A DNA stretch of 57,037 bases, filler included, from Dugesia japonica (taxonomy: Eukaryota): assembly GCA_001938525.1 (NCBI GenBank). It is 5 parts of 5 records of this genome, joined end to end, with 100 filler letters (N's around TTAATTAATTAA, not from the genome) between each part and the next. Parts side by side here need not be neighbours in the genome. Positions count along the whole stretch, not along the records: positions 1 to 15,701 come from MQRL01598963.1; positions 15,802 to 26,938 come from MQRL01557207.1; positions 27,039 to 38,677 come from MQRL01636025.1; 2 more parts are not named here. The stretch is one strand, 5' to 3'. Under the pieces are notes generated by a model. The model was not told the origin of the DNA, did no database searches, and saw only the letters and a list, made by a program, of their open reading frames with translations. Within the stretch, counting starts at the first letter, position 1; every line of letters starts with the position of its first letter. The position numbers and the translations under genes are program-made. Shown piece by piece: positions 14,839 to 28,060 of this stretch.

Positions 14839-15401
14839 TTAGCATTTTAAATCAAGATATTTTACTAAGTAATTATATGAATGAATCAGTGGGTCATAAA
14901 ACTTGTCACTATTGATTATATTTCTTAGCTTTAATCTTGCACAACAGTCGCATCTATTTGAACATCTGATTGTATCACATAAGTATGTTTTGATTATTGT
15001 ATGAACATTGATCTTTGTGTATTGGTTGATTTTGTACCAGTATACTTCTGGTGCCCAGTATACTGATTTATTCTTAAGATTTGGGAACTGTTAGTTTAAT
15101 ATTTCGAGAATTATTTCTAAAAACAATGAATTAATTAAATGATTCAATTACATTAATTATTACTTTTTTCTGATACATATTTATCTTCAATAAATTTCTC
15201 TATTTCTTTTCCTACAATTGGTTCAATAACTTTATCATTTGATATTCCTTCAGAATCATCATATTCAGTATAATCATCATCGTTATATTCAAAAACTATA
15301 TCAGCAGAACATGTTGACTCTAACCATTCCTTTTCTTCATCACTTTAATTCGACCATGTTTCCTGTTGTACTTCAAATTTTTCTTGAGTGTAATCATTCA
15401 T
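14839..15401 (-). pseudogene. Decayed gene of an unrecognised Cys-motif family (copy A), acidic N-terminus
   Basis: MNDYTQEKFEVQQETWSN*SDEEKEWLESTCSADIVFEYNDDDYTEYDD...EKFIEDKYVSEK, then a frameshift, then LFLEIILEILN*QFPNLKNKSVYWAPEVYWYKINQYTKINVHTIIKTYLCDTIRCSNRCDCCARLKLRNII. Aligns with the relic at 47351-47692. TATATAAA lies ~29 nt upstream of the ATG. Confidence 0.7.
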
Positions 15402-15648
15402 TTTCTGAAATAATACTAATTTAATTTAGTTTATATACGTCCTATATAATTAAATTCAACCAATGAAGTTTATCCTAGATTTTATTGGTAATTAATCACA
15501 GAAGAAACTATTAAATACTCTTGAGTATGTAATGATTTTCTAATTTAATAATTTTAACTAATTACTTTTATAATTAAATTTAAATAAATAATTATGTTTG
15601 TTTTAATTTATTATTCGTATGAAATGAAAAAACTTTCAAATTTATTTA

Positions 15649-15649
<1 letters not shown>

Positions 15650-15701
<52 letters not shown>
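15650..15701. repeat. (AAT)n microsatellite
   Basis: Perfect trinucleotide run into a gap. Similar runs occur at ~17353-17580, 19450-19516, 23335-23397, 26883-26938, 29987-30164, 54716-54775 and 56971-57037. Confidence 0.95.
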
Positions 15702-15801
15702 NNNNNNNNNNNNNNNNNNNNNNNNNNNNNNNNNNNNNNNNNNNNTTAATTAATTAANNNNNNNNNNNNNNNNNNNNNNNNNNNNNNNNNNNNNNNNNNN
15801 N
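15702..15801. other. Artificial scaffold linker N44-TTAATTAATTAA-N44
   Basis: The same 100-nt construct with a six-frame stop spacer recurs at 26939-27038, 38678-38777 and 47876-47975. Confidence 0.9.
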
Positions 15802-17353
15802 TGTTTAATCACCTTTGTTATGAAATATATTATTTTACAACTCAAGTGTTAATTTTTATGGAACCAAATAACAAATAACCAAATAAGATTCTGAGGAAAC
15901 TACTTACAATTATTATTATTTTTATTATTACTATTATTATTATTATTATATATTTATTTATTTATTATATGTTTATTATTTATATGATATTCTGAAAACA
16001 AATCAAATGATTTATGGTGTTTTACGTATCATTGATTTTAAATTAATAAATAAAAAATCGAATATTTATTTATGTAAATATTGTCTTATGAATTTAATAT
16101 CTAATATTCTTACTTTGTTACAAAAAAAGATGATTTCATCAAACATTAATATTTTTATTTTGAAAATTATCTTATTATTTTCGTATTATTTTCATAAAAT
16201 TTATTAATTTAATTTGGTTTTAATAAACCTAATAATAAACAATATAAACAAGTTGTGGGGGAAAAATGTATGTTGTTTATTGTAAATAAAGATAAGTCTC
16301 AAATTAATAGTTGTAATTTCTAAAAGAAATTATCTTTAGAAGATTTAGTTAACATAACTTTAATTTAGAGCAGATTTATTCAAAAATGAAATGAAATATT
16401 AATTAGAATTTATGAATTTATATTTTTATAAAATTTATTTGCTAATAAACATAAATGAAAGTTTAATAAATATAATAAAGTTTCCAAAATACTTCACTCA
16501 CCATTTTACGATTTTAAAAATGTAAAAAATTAAAACAAATAACATTTAAGACTGAAAAATCTTTCTTTAGTTTTAATTATTAATTTTAATTAATTTTTTT
16601 TCTTTTCTTCATTTAAATTTAAAATCTATTCTTCTATTTTGAATATATTTAACTATAATTATATTAATTGTTTTATAACCAAAGTATTATTGAGATAAAA
16701 ATGTTAAACTAAAAAAAACATGAAATATTTAAATGTAAAATTTATCTTGTCAGATTTAAACATATTTCAAAACAAATTCGAAATTAATATTATTTCCGAG
16801 AAACTAGAAATTTTCTTTGAAATAATTTGGAAATGAATAATTTATTTGGTTTCATTTGATAAGAATATTGATTGAATTATAACTGTATGTGTGTTAACAT
16901 ATCAAATATATTATATTGATTCTATTTGAGGAATCTGAAAAGAAATTTTGCTTCTATAATAGATTTGTTCAGAGATTTAAATCAACAAACAAATAACGTA
17001 AGGGATTTTAATTAAAAACATTTAAAAAACATCGTTTCTTGAAAAATTTTAAATTAAAATAAATTATAACCTAATCAAGTTTTTTATTTGAAAATCTAAG
17101 ATAAATAATCTTCTCGTGCAATTTGAGTTGGTGCGTTATTAACGTGTTTAAGACAAACAGCAATAAAATTAAACCAGTTGCTTTCTCTCTGAATACAACT
17201 TTTTCATTTTTTGATATGAATTTTAATGAAATTTTTACGAATACACTTGAAAACAGAAACATTTCTCTGAATTAAATTTATTTCTATTATTTCATATCTC
17301 CTTAGAATTTTGATAGAAATATTTAGATTTATTTTATATTAATATTGTAATCA

Positions 17354-17421
<68 letters not shown>

Positions 17422-19448
17422 NNNNNNNNNNNNNNNNNNNNNNNNNNNNNNNNNNNNNNNNNNNNNNNNNNNNNNNNNNNNNNNNNNNNNNNNNNNNNNN
17501 NNNNNNNNNNNNNNNNNNNNNNNNNNNNNNNNNNNNNNNNNNNNNNNNNNNNNNNNNNNNNNNNNNNNTTATTATTATTAACATTGGTATTAGTATTAAT
17601 ATTTGTATTTGTATTAATAACAGTCTAGATTATCTCAGTAAAAGTAAGAATGCGTATCCATACACAGTAAATCATTAAAGACTGGGAACCTAATTAGGGT
17701 GTGGGACATAATTTCCAAAATGTAAAACCCGGACAAAACGTCTCCAGAGTTGAATTTTTCATAAATATTCCAACCATCTCATAAAAATATTAAAAAGATA
17801 CAACAATAAATAAAAATAATAGAAATATTCAACTCTAGAGAAATTTAGATCTCGTTTTTCACTCGGAGACTTTTTGTTCAGGGACCTTTTGTCTGGTTAC
17901 TATCTAATTGATGTTATGATTTGAGATCCACAAATTACACAACCAATTTCAACATTCAATAACAACACACTATGAGTATCATCAATCCCATTTCTTCCAA
18001 ACAATTTGGATATGCTATTCGATATTTCATAACACTTTAGTACTAATACTTCTATATATTTTTAACTTCTATTATGCGTTTTATCGAATATAATATACGA
18101 ATCAATGTATCGCTTTTCTTGTTTGTTTCTAAAATCAATAGTTCTACAAACTTTATCTAAAATGATGAAATTTTGTGTGTATTATATTTTTTAGCTTTTT
18201 GCTTTTTTCTTTTATAAAAAATTCATTATTTAGTTTGAAATAATTCTGTTGGTGTAAAGTTTATTCAAGCCTACAAATTTGCTAAATTTATTTTCTAAAG
18301 CATTTCAAAATTTTCGACTTCATAATAAATTCTAATAGATAAAAAAAAATTTCTAAAAGTTCTGGAAAAATCTTTATTAACCAGATCAATTCTAGAAAAT
18401 ATATATTATTTCCTGTATTTGTTATTTAAAATGTTTAAAGAAAATCTAAAAATGTTAATTTTAGAAATTTTCCATCATTTTCATTGTATATTGTTTTTCT
18501 TCTCGACCTAATTCTCAATTTCAAATATTTTTCTTTAAACATAATTTTAAATGTTTTAAAATGCTTCATAAATTTATGACACGTGACATAATTCCTATTT
18601 CTAGTAAATTATAATCTAGCTTGATTCTACTCAATAAACCAATTATCTGCAATTTGGTTACTAGTTGGAATAGATTTCAAAATCTTCTTTATTTACTATG
18701 TTGAAAGTGAAACTAGCTAATCTTCATTTTCTGTTGATTTTCTGTCTGCTTTTCTATATTCTTACCTGACAAATTCGCAAATTGAGACTATTCCGATATA
18801 AATGCAGAGTATTGGTGACGAAAGTTTCGTTAATAGTAGATAATTACTTTTTGTTTTACAATTACAATTATAGCGATAATAATTGTTGGACTTAACCATT
18901 GATCGCATTTGAAATTTCATTGAATTAAAAGTTTCAATATCGAAACTTTTAATTCAATTAAATTTTATTTTACAGTTTAACGATGCATTATTTAATAATG
19001 AACAAAATAAACTTTTATAAAATAAAAGTTAATCATTATTTCTTTATAATTAATTAATTATTATATAGAAAATTTTAAAAGAATATTTTTAAAATAACCT
19101 AAAAATTCTTAGTTTCATGTTATTCTAAAGTATTAGAAATTTACCCTAGAAGTAAACTTCAAATTTTAATTATAAAAAACTTTAGTTTATTTTTTTTATA
19201 ATAAAAAATCGTAACCAGAAAAAGGAGTTGATTTATTGATTTACGATACTGGATAATTTAATAGTTATTAAATTTATCGATAATTTTAATATTTAGCGAT
19301 ATTAATAATTTCTTTTTACACTTTTTAATCTAATAACTTTCGTTTTAAAATTTAATTTAATAAAAATTAACTTTACCATTGATATGTGTATAATAAAATG
19401 TGTATATGTAAAATAAATTTTATTTAAATTGGTTTTTCAAAATATTTG

Positions 19449-19516
<68 letters not shown>

Positions 19517-19766
19517 NNNNNNNNNNNNNNNNNNNNNNNNNNNNNNNNNNNNNNNNNNNNNNNNNNNNNNNNNNNNNNNNNNNNNNNNNNNNNNNNNNNN
19601 NNNNNNNNNNNNNNNNNNNNNNNNNNNNNNNNNNNNNNNNNNNNNNNNNNNNNNNNNNNNNNNNNNNNNNNNNNNNNNNNNNNNNNNNNNNNNNNNNNNN
19701 NNNNNNNNNNNNNNNNNNNNNNNNNNNNNNNNNNNNNNNNNNNNNNNNNNNNNNNNNNNNNNNNNN

Positions 19767-22700
19767 CATTAAATTCAATAAATTTTTATTTATAACACAA
19801 AATTTCAAATCTTCAAATCTTCAAAAAACTCTGTTTTTAAGCAGCTGAATATTTAAACAAACATTTTAAATATTTTTAAAAATTCTTGAAATCTTTTATA
19901 ACGTTTTCTTTAAACTTTAAATTGCAATTTTCAATTTTTAATCCTTACACCCCTCTCGATTAAAAGAATTTTTTAAGCTTTTCTACGTTCTTTTCTAGCT
20001 CTTTTCCCTTTGTATTTCTTATACGATATCTTCTCTCATGTACCTTATCCGTGATCTTGTATGAACCAGCATATCTTTCATCGTCTTTTGTTCTAGTTTC
20101 TAGTTTTATCAATACTTCGTCTCCCACCTGAAATTGTCTTTTTATAGGTGTTTCTTCTATCGACTATTTCTCACCTTTTTGGCTGTTGAACCATTGTTCT
20201 CTGTGAATTCTTCTACCGAATACTTATTCTGCAGGTGATATCCCCAATGTCTTTTGCCTTGTCGCATTCATCATGTATTCAATCTCTGGTGTCCTGTTAC
20301 TCCAATTCTTTCTTTTATCTTCATCTGCGACAGCGTTAATACAGTCTCTAATTGTGCGAAATTGTCTCTCTATAATTTTGTTTGTATTTTGGTGATACGG
20401 ACTTGAAAAGTGTATTTCTATATTCATCGATTTCATAAGATTCTTGAAGTATTTTGATTCAAATGTCTTACTACTGTCTACGTGAACTTCTCTTGGTGCT
20501 CCAAATCTCAGGATCCATTTTTCCATTATCACATTTTTTTAATTGTCTCATCATCTTGCTTGCTGATTGCCGTTACGCTTACGTATCGACTGAATTGGTC
20601 TATTATTTTAAATATATATTTTCGTCTGTTCACAGTCTCTCAAAAAGACCCATATATATATCTTTTCAAATGGACAATTTGAGCTTAAGTTTAATGTTTT
20701 CTCTTTTGTTGCCACCGTATTAACTTTGTTCTTTTGGCACGCTTTACACTGTCTTATCACTTCTGTGATTGTCTTCTTCAGTTATCCGATGTTGTAGTTG
20801 CTGATTATATAGCTGATCATTTTCTCTGTCCCTGCATGTATTAACAATGTACCTATTTCTTTGATCATTGATATTCTTTTCTCTTTTGGAATCCAAATTT
20901 TCCCATCACTTGTTTTCACTATATTACTTTCGACTCTATATTTTGAATCCTTTCTTTCTTGAATATCTCGTTTGATTAGTTTGATTATTATCTTTATTTC
21001 CTCTTGCCATTTACATCTCTCTATCTTTATCATCTGATTTATCGGTCTTATTCTCATTTTCTCTATCTTTGGATTTTTATGTTGCATTTGACATTGAGTG
21101 CACGTTCCGCATTTCATTCTTGAGACCATATCTGCGTTTGTGTGTTTTTAGCCTTGTCCATATATTAGTTTAATGTCTAAGCTGCTAAGGTAATTCATTC
21201 ATGTCTGGAATTGAGGTGTTATCGGTTTGTTCGTTTTTTCATGAATTGGATGGCTTTGTGATCTATTCTCGTTATGAATTCTTTTCCATTAATACTTGTC
21301 TAAAGTGATTGCAGAAGTAGTATATTGCTAGTAATTCCTTCCGTGTGATACAGTAACTCTTTTCATGTGATGTCATTGCATGTGGGCCGTAAGCAATCAC
21401 TCTTTTTCTTTTGTAGTCATCATTTTGTGATAGGACCATTTCTAATGCGTCGAAGCTGATGTCAGTATCTAAAATAAATGTCTTCTTTATATCAGGGAAT
21501 CCTAAAATAGGTCCTTCTATCAGTGCTTGTTTCATTTCTGTGAAAGCTTTTTCACATCCATCTGATCATATTAGCTTTGTGCTGTTGCTTCCACATAATT
21601 CTTCTAGGGCTCTTGATTTCTTTGAATAATTTTTGATGAATCTTTTGTAATAATTGTATATTCGGAGGAAGCTTCTCAGGTTCTTTACGCATTTGGGTTT
21701 CTCAAAATTTTTGATAGCTTCGATTTTCATTGGATCTGTTTGAATTCATCCTTTATCTATTATGTGACCAAGAAATCTCACTTCTTTGCGTAATAGGTGA
21801 CATTTTTTTGGATTCACTCGCAACCCTGCCGTTTGTATCCGCTCTAATACCTGACCCAGAGTTAGATAATGTTCTTTTAGTCATTCTGAGAATATCATTA
21901 TGCCATCCATATACAACATTGCTCCATCTAAACCGTCCAATACTTTTTTCATTAGTTTTTGGGATGTTCCTGGGGCTGCTGCTATGCCGAATGGCATTCT
22001 TCTGAAGCAATATTGACCATTTTTTGTCGAAAAGACTGTTTTCTTTTGTGACTCTTTTTCTAACGGTACCTGGTAATGCGCGTTTTCCAAGTCTATGGTA
22101 CTGAACTATTTGGCTCTATACAAATTGTCTAACATTTCTTCTACGTTTGGAATCGGGAAGGCCTGTCGTTCCGTAACTGTATTTAGTTTCATGAAGTCCA
22201 ACCAAATACTCACATCTTTTTTTTCTTTCTTTCGGACGCATAGCAGTGATGTGTTCCACTGCGAATTATATTTTCTTATAATATTAGCGTCCGCTAAATT
22301 TTTTATGGACGTATCTATTTTTCTTCTAGATTCATGGGTTGTCTTCAAAGCTTCGTATTTATTTAGTTACCCTTTGTCACTATCTTGTGTTCTACCAACG
22401 TTGTGCATCCGACATCCCAGTTATCTGCCATGAATAATCCTCGATGTTTTACTATTACCTTTTCTTGAATCCATTATTAACTGATGTCTTCCTACTTGGT
22501 TTTGGGAATCTGTTATTATCGTCATTTCTTCTGTTTGATTCTTCTCTTCAGTTGTATTGTGCTATTTTGTTTCTTTATTCGTTATTCTGCTGACTTCTAT
22601 CATTAGTCCACTCACCTGTTTTCTCCAAATTAATATAACATTATTCTGTATGATGTCCATCCTTTGCGCATCTTGAATGTCTAATTTTGTCGCAATTCCT

Positions 22701-23124
22701 TTTTATATGATTTCCTGATCCGCATGCGTAACACATTTTTTTCTTTTCCGGACAATTTCTGCTGATATGACCTATTTTCTGACATGACCAACGTGTGATT
22801 TCTTTTTTAGCTTTACTTTGAGTTCCGGCAACTCCTGAGAAACGCCCTTTTGCCATGCCTCTTTTTACTGCATTCTGTAACTCTCCACCGTATTTATATT
22901 ATATTTTTCTTTCAGGTCCTCCTTTAGTTCATCATTTGTTTTTATTGTTTCAAATATCTCTTCCAAGTTATCTAGTTTGCTTCCTTTAATCTTTATTTGC
23001 ATTCTTATATTAGTTACTGATAAACTTTCTGAAAAATCCATTAAATTCAATAAATTTTTATTTATAACACAAAATTTCAAAACTCTGTTTTTAAAAGCTG
23101 AATATTTAAACAAACATTTTAAAT
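19767..23124 (-). mobile_element. Decayed Ty3/Gypsy LTR retrotransposon with internal deletions
   Basis: Gag CCHC knuckles (CYACGSGNHIKRNC; 22641-22856). RT motifs LDFMKLN..AFPIPNVEEMLDNL, RMPFGIAAAPGT and LYMDG (degenerate YxDD). RNase H FILDTD..VLSQ..ELLAI. Integrase WILRFGAPREVHVD..SSPYHQNTN..ERQFRT. PPT GAGAGGGG is followed by TGTAAGG, the LTR start at 19949. The same LTR sequence occurs at 19767-19870 and 23039-23124. No protease or PBS was recognised. Confidence 0.92.
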
Positions 23125-23334
23125 NNNNNNNNNNNNNNNNNNNNNNNNNNNNNNNNNNNNNNNNNNNNNNNNNNNNNNNNNNNNNNNNNNNNNNNNNNNN
23201 NNNNNNNNNNNNNNNNNNNNNNNNNNNNNNNNNNNNNNNNNNNNNNNNNNNNNNNNNNNNNNNNNNNNNNNNNNNNNNNNNNNNNNNNNNNNNNNNNNNN
23301 NNNNNNNNNNNNNNNNNNNNNNNNNNNNNNNNNN

Positions 23335-23401
<67 letters not shown>

Positions 23402-24969
23402 AACAAAAGCAGTAATAATAAATAATTAATATGAAAATTAAAGTTATCATTAAATATTTATTATAAAAGAAAAATTGAAATTATCATTAAGATCATTTGT
23501 AAGAAGACATGAAATCTTTATGAGGATTAAAAGTAAAAACATTCCATTAAAAAAATACTTAATCAATGTTAATTAATAAAATGCAATTATGGAAAAGTCT
23601 GTTTAGCAAAAGCAAGCAATATTAGATTTTTCTTATGAGATTCAGCAGGTAATTAGTTTACCTACTTTTAAGCTATCAATTTAAATAATCTAATTAAAAT
23701 TTTTAACAGTTAGTAAATATGGTTTAATTCAAATAATTAATTTTTCAATGAAATTTGTTTTTGATTGAAAAATGTCAACTTTATTTATTTTAAGTATGAT
23801 AAAAGAAAAGAAATGTTAATAAAGCTAATTTGATTTTATTTTTCAGTCAATTTGATTTTTAAATTAATCATTATATTTATATAATCTATTTATTTCATTT
23901 ATTTATTATTTGTTCGTTTATTTTTTTTTATATATATACATTTGTTCTATTTAGTTAATTAATTAATTTATAATTTATTTAAATTTATCTACCTATTTAA
24001 TTATAACAATGTTTTTCCAATACATTCAAAATATTAAAATAAAATATTATTTTCTTAAATTTCAGTTACGATTAAATAATTAATATTTATTCGTAAATTG
24101 ATCTTCATGTTTAAACTCGAAAATTTTGATTGAATCAAACTTAGGTAATTTTGTATTAATAATAATATTAATAATATTATATTTTAATAATATTAATAAT
24201 ATTATATTTTAATAATAATTTAAAACGTTTTATTAGGTTTTCTCTAGATTATCAGAAGTTTAAAATAAATATATTTAAAATAATAAATGAATCGGAATTC
24301 GTTGATATTCTCTTCACAATGAAATTCTTTCAGACAAATTTCATAAATTATAATATTTTAAAATAATTAAAGATACTTGAGAATTCTTCACGATAATTTA
24401 AAATGTAATATTTTATTCATTTGAAATTATATGGAAATGACAGAAATTTTGACTGGTTTTGTTTAAATTGAAAAACTTTTACTTGTAAGATATGAAATTT
24501 CATCAGAACGAAATAAATTTAAATTGACTAGAATAGAATAGATTTTTTGGTAAATACCAACATAAATTTCTTCTATTATTGTCATAAATGGCATTAACTA
24601 GAATTGTAGGAATCTTTTTAACTAAACCCTTTTTAGTCATTTTTAAAATGTCTTCAAGTATGAATTTAGTTTTGAAATTTTTTCATTGTTTCAATTATTT
24701 TATTTTTTTACAAAACATATCTTGTAATTTTAACAAGTTGACTGTCCGCTACGACTATATTTATATATACCGCAGTCACTTATTACGAGTTTACTCGTAT
24801 ATTGTTATTTACTACAAACCAATATGCGGGTATCAGCATGCATTTTTTTATACACAAACTAAGAAATAAAACCGGCGCATTTTTTAAAACATTTAAAATA
24901 TTATATAAGAAAACACTAAAGACTGAATTTTATTAGTTAGACAGGATTGTCAGCCAATTGTTCAAAGAA

Positions 24970-25830
24970 TTGCATTTATCTGGCCTCAGAGTTAGATAGT
25001 TTAAGTTTGGCCGAGCGTTTAAATGAATATTGCGTACAGTCAGTTTCTTGTTTTTATAACTTGATATATTATAAGGACATTAAACCAAGAAATCTTACAA
25101 GAGACGAATTATGTAAATTGACAGGATGTTTAGATTTTAGCATAGCTTTAGAGAAAAAGAAATAGATGGTGGTTCAAAATAGCTACGAATTTTTATTTTC
25201 TAAAAAAGAGCAACAATATTAATTTTAAATTTAAAAAATGAAAAACATCACATATTTTGTGCTTCTGTCCTAAAATTATGAAATTAGTTATCGCAAGACA
25301 TAACCAGATTTTATATATATATATATATATATATGATATGGAAATTTAATGATGAAAGAAAAAGATATGAAGATAATAAGAAAAGGCATCCCAGTATTTT
25401 GTCATCACCATCTGTAATCGGGCATTTCAAATAATAGATCACCTATTATGTATTATGATTTATTTATATTTCTTCTATAATAGATCTATTTAAGAAGAAA
25501 TACAAAGTCGTTGATGAAAAACGTCCATTTGAATAAAATTTAAGCTATGAAGGTGCAAATAATAAGAATAAAGAAATATATAATGAAATTATGAGAAAAA
25601 CAGAAAAATCACTAGGTTCAATATGACAACTCTCGCTGCACACCTTTATCATTGGAATATATGGGTCTTGGTATATGAAAAAAAGAAAATTATTATAATC
25701 AATAGAATCTATACTACCAAAGTAGATGAAATTTCATATGATTGTGGATTTTCTGCAAAAAAAGAGCTCTCGGAAAATGTGGAAAATTTTTTAACTTATG
25801 CAGAAAAAGATAAGAAATATTAGGAATCTA
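24970..25830 (+). pseudogene. Possible highly degraded protein kinase fragments
   Basis: IYLASELDSLSLAERL...IYYKDIKPRNL..CKL..DFSIA resembles kinase subdomains V-VII, and YTTKVDEISYDC resembles subdomain IX. Heavily eroded. Confidence 0.35.
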
Positions 25831-26130
25831 GAAAAGAAAAAATAGATTAGAAAAAAGAGAAAACCAAGTTTGTGAATGGTCGGTTGCGTTCCAATAAGCA
25901 AATAATAATCCAATGAGTCAGTGTAACGTTGTCTAGGACCTCAGTTTTATGTTTTGTTTAATAAAACTTTGTCAACTTGTATATTTTCCAATTACAGATA
26001 TTGCGAAGATAGTTGTTGGATTTAACAATGGATCGCATTTGAGATTTTATTAGATTTAAAGCTTCGATCAAAATTTTATTTTGTTTTTTTTAATTCTTTT
26101 TAGCTAGTTATCCGAATAGGTAAGAAGGTA

Positions 26131-26164
26131 ATTCCTGAAGAAGACGATAGTCGAAAATTTGGAT
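26131..26164 (+). ncRNA. Penelope-type minimal hammerhead ribozyme motif (family B)
   Basis: attc CTGAAGA a GAC GATA GTC GAAA AT TT ggat. Conserved core, 3-bp stem II, loopless palindromic AATT stem III and a weak 4-bp stem I. Confidence 0.55.
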
Positions 26165-26876
26165 AGCTACTAAAAAATAAATAAAAAGAAACAAAACAAC
26201 ATTTTGATTGAACCTTTTAATTTAATGAAAACTAGTAAAATGTTGTTTACTTCCGACCAATAGGCTAGCATCAGCACACACATTTTTTATTAAAAAATCA
26301 AACTGAGAAATAATTCGAACTCATTTTTTATAACTATTATAGAGAAATAAGTTATATTATATTAGAAAGTATGACAAATAATATCGAGTTCTTTTAAATA
26401 AAACTAAATCTTCAGAATATTAAGAATAATATAATGAAAAGTAAATGTTTTTAAGGTCAATTATCCAAAATAAAATTACAATAATTAATAAATTTTTATG
26501 GATAACTTTGATAATATTGTTCTTAACTAATATTGTCTGTGATTTATAGTGATTTATGATTATATTCTATATATTTAAAAAATGAGTTTTCAAATTTATT
26601 TGATCTACTGCACCATCTTTAGAAATAATTTGAATTGTTCTAGCTCACTGACAGTTTAGAGGCGGCGACATCGCGTTCATAAAATTCTAGATTAAACTAA
26701 ACGTGCTGATAGGCGGATGTTAATATAATATATATTTGAACTCATATCGTAAAGAGTGGAACAAACATTAAATTTCCTAATTGTATAAAATTTAATCTTA
26801 GTATTCCTTTATAATGTAATTTTAAATTATTATTATTATCATACTGAAATTTTTATTATTAATAAAATTATTTATT

Positions 26877-26938
<62 letters not shown>

Positions 26939-27524
26939 NNNNNNNNNNNNNNNNNNNNNNNNNNNNNNNNNNNNNNNNNNNNTTAATTAATTAANNNNNN
27001 NNNNNNNNNNNNNNNNNNNNNNNNNNNNNNNNNNNNNNACTATTAAACATTTAAACACTAACGGCCGGAAAACCGGTATTTACATAATATCGGCATAAGT
27101 GCGAAAGTTTATAATGTCAATCAAACTAATTAATGCATTTGATTGGACAATAAAAATATCTTTAAAAGCCAATAAAATATTAAACCACGCCTTTTTTATC
27201 CTAGAAAAAGTCTAGAATGCATTTTCCTAGAAATTTAATGTTAAATATTGCACTTGTTAACCTATTCACAATACGACAAATAATCTTGATTTTTGGTACA
27301 TAAAAATGCATTATATATTGTTTTATAGTATTATTGTAATGTAAGTATTTTATTTCAAAAATATAAAACAATATTATTGGGCTTTTTGTTTCTACAGATC
27401 AAAATATAGGACAAAATATTACGTATTTTTGTTACGGCCGTTCTATTAGACTAATTAGTAATTTCCATTAGAATTATTACAGTATATTATATTAAAAGAG
27501 TGGTGTATTACTTTTATTGTATAA

Positions 27525-28060
27525 GGTAAGAACAAGCACCCTTCATGTAGGGAGCCTTTCAAATCCTACAAGAAATGCTCTTTTCATCTCGAAACTCAAG
27601 CCCATGTTTTCTGTTATTATGGGCCTACTTCTTCGTTCTGAATTGAAAGACACAATGATGTGCTTGAGCTGCTTGCCAGCTTTGTTAGATCACCAGCTAT
27701 AAGGTCATTCTCGACCAGACTTGTGAATTTGCCAACAGAACTGATCGCATCGATCTTCAGCTGATAAATAGCGGGACTAAGCGTATTATCCTTTTGGATG
27801 TGAATATTCCCATGACACTTGGAATAATATCCAACTATTCAGAGATAATAATATCATCAAATACACACAACTCAAGGAAGATATCTTGAAAAACTTGCCT
27901 GGATGGAAAGTTTTCCTTGAGACAATCTCAGTGAGGTGACTAGGAACGAACCTGTTCTAAAACAGATGGGTTTCAAGGCTAGTGTGATTAGGAAATTTGC
28001 GTTGATATCTATAAGGAAATGCATTGCCTGGTCGAGCAAAAATTGGCGCTTCCATAACGG
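27525..28060 (+). mobile_element. 3' end of an RLE-type (R2/NeSL/R4-like) non-LTR retrotransposon, decayed
   Basis: KCSFHLETQAHVFCY..*IERHNDVLELL is an eroded CCHC knuckle plus RHN. It is followed by DRIDLQLI..IILLDVNIP..IIKYTQLK..VFLETISVR*LGT, the restriction-like endonuclease layout. Confidence 0.75.

Noticed and set aside
27052-27450. piggyBac-like MITE ends (cactaacggccg / cggccgttcta)
   Set aside because: TIRs and TTAA sites are too degenerate to call.
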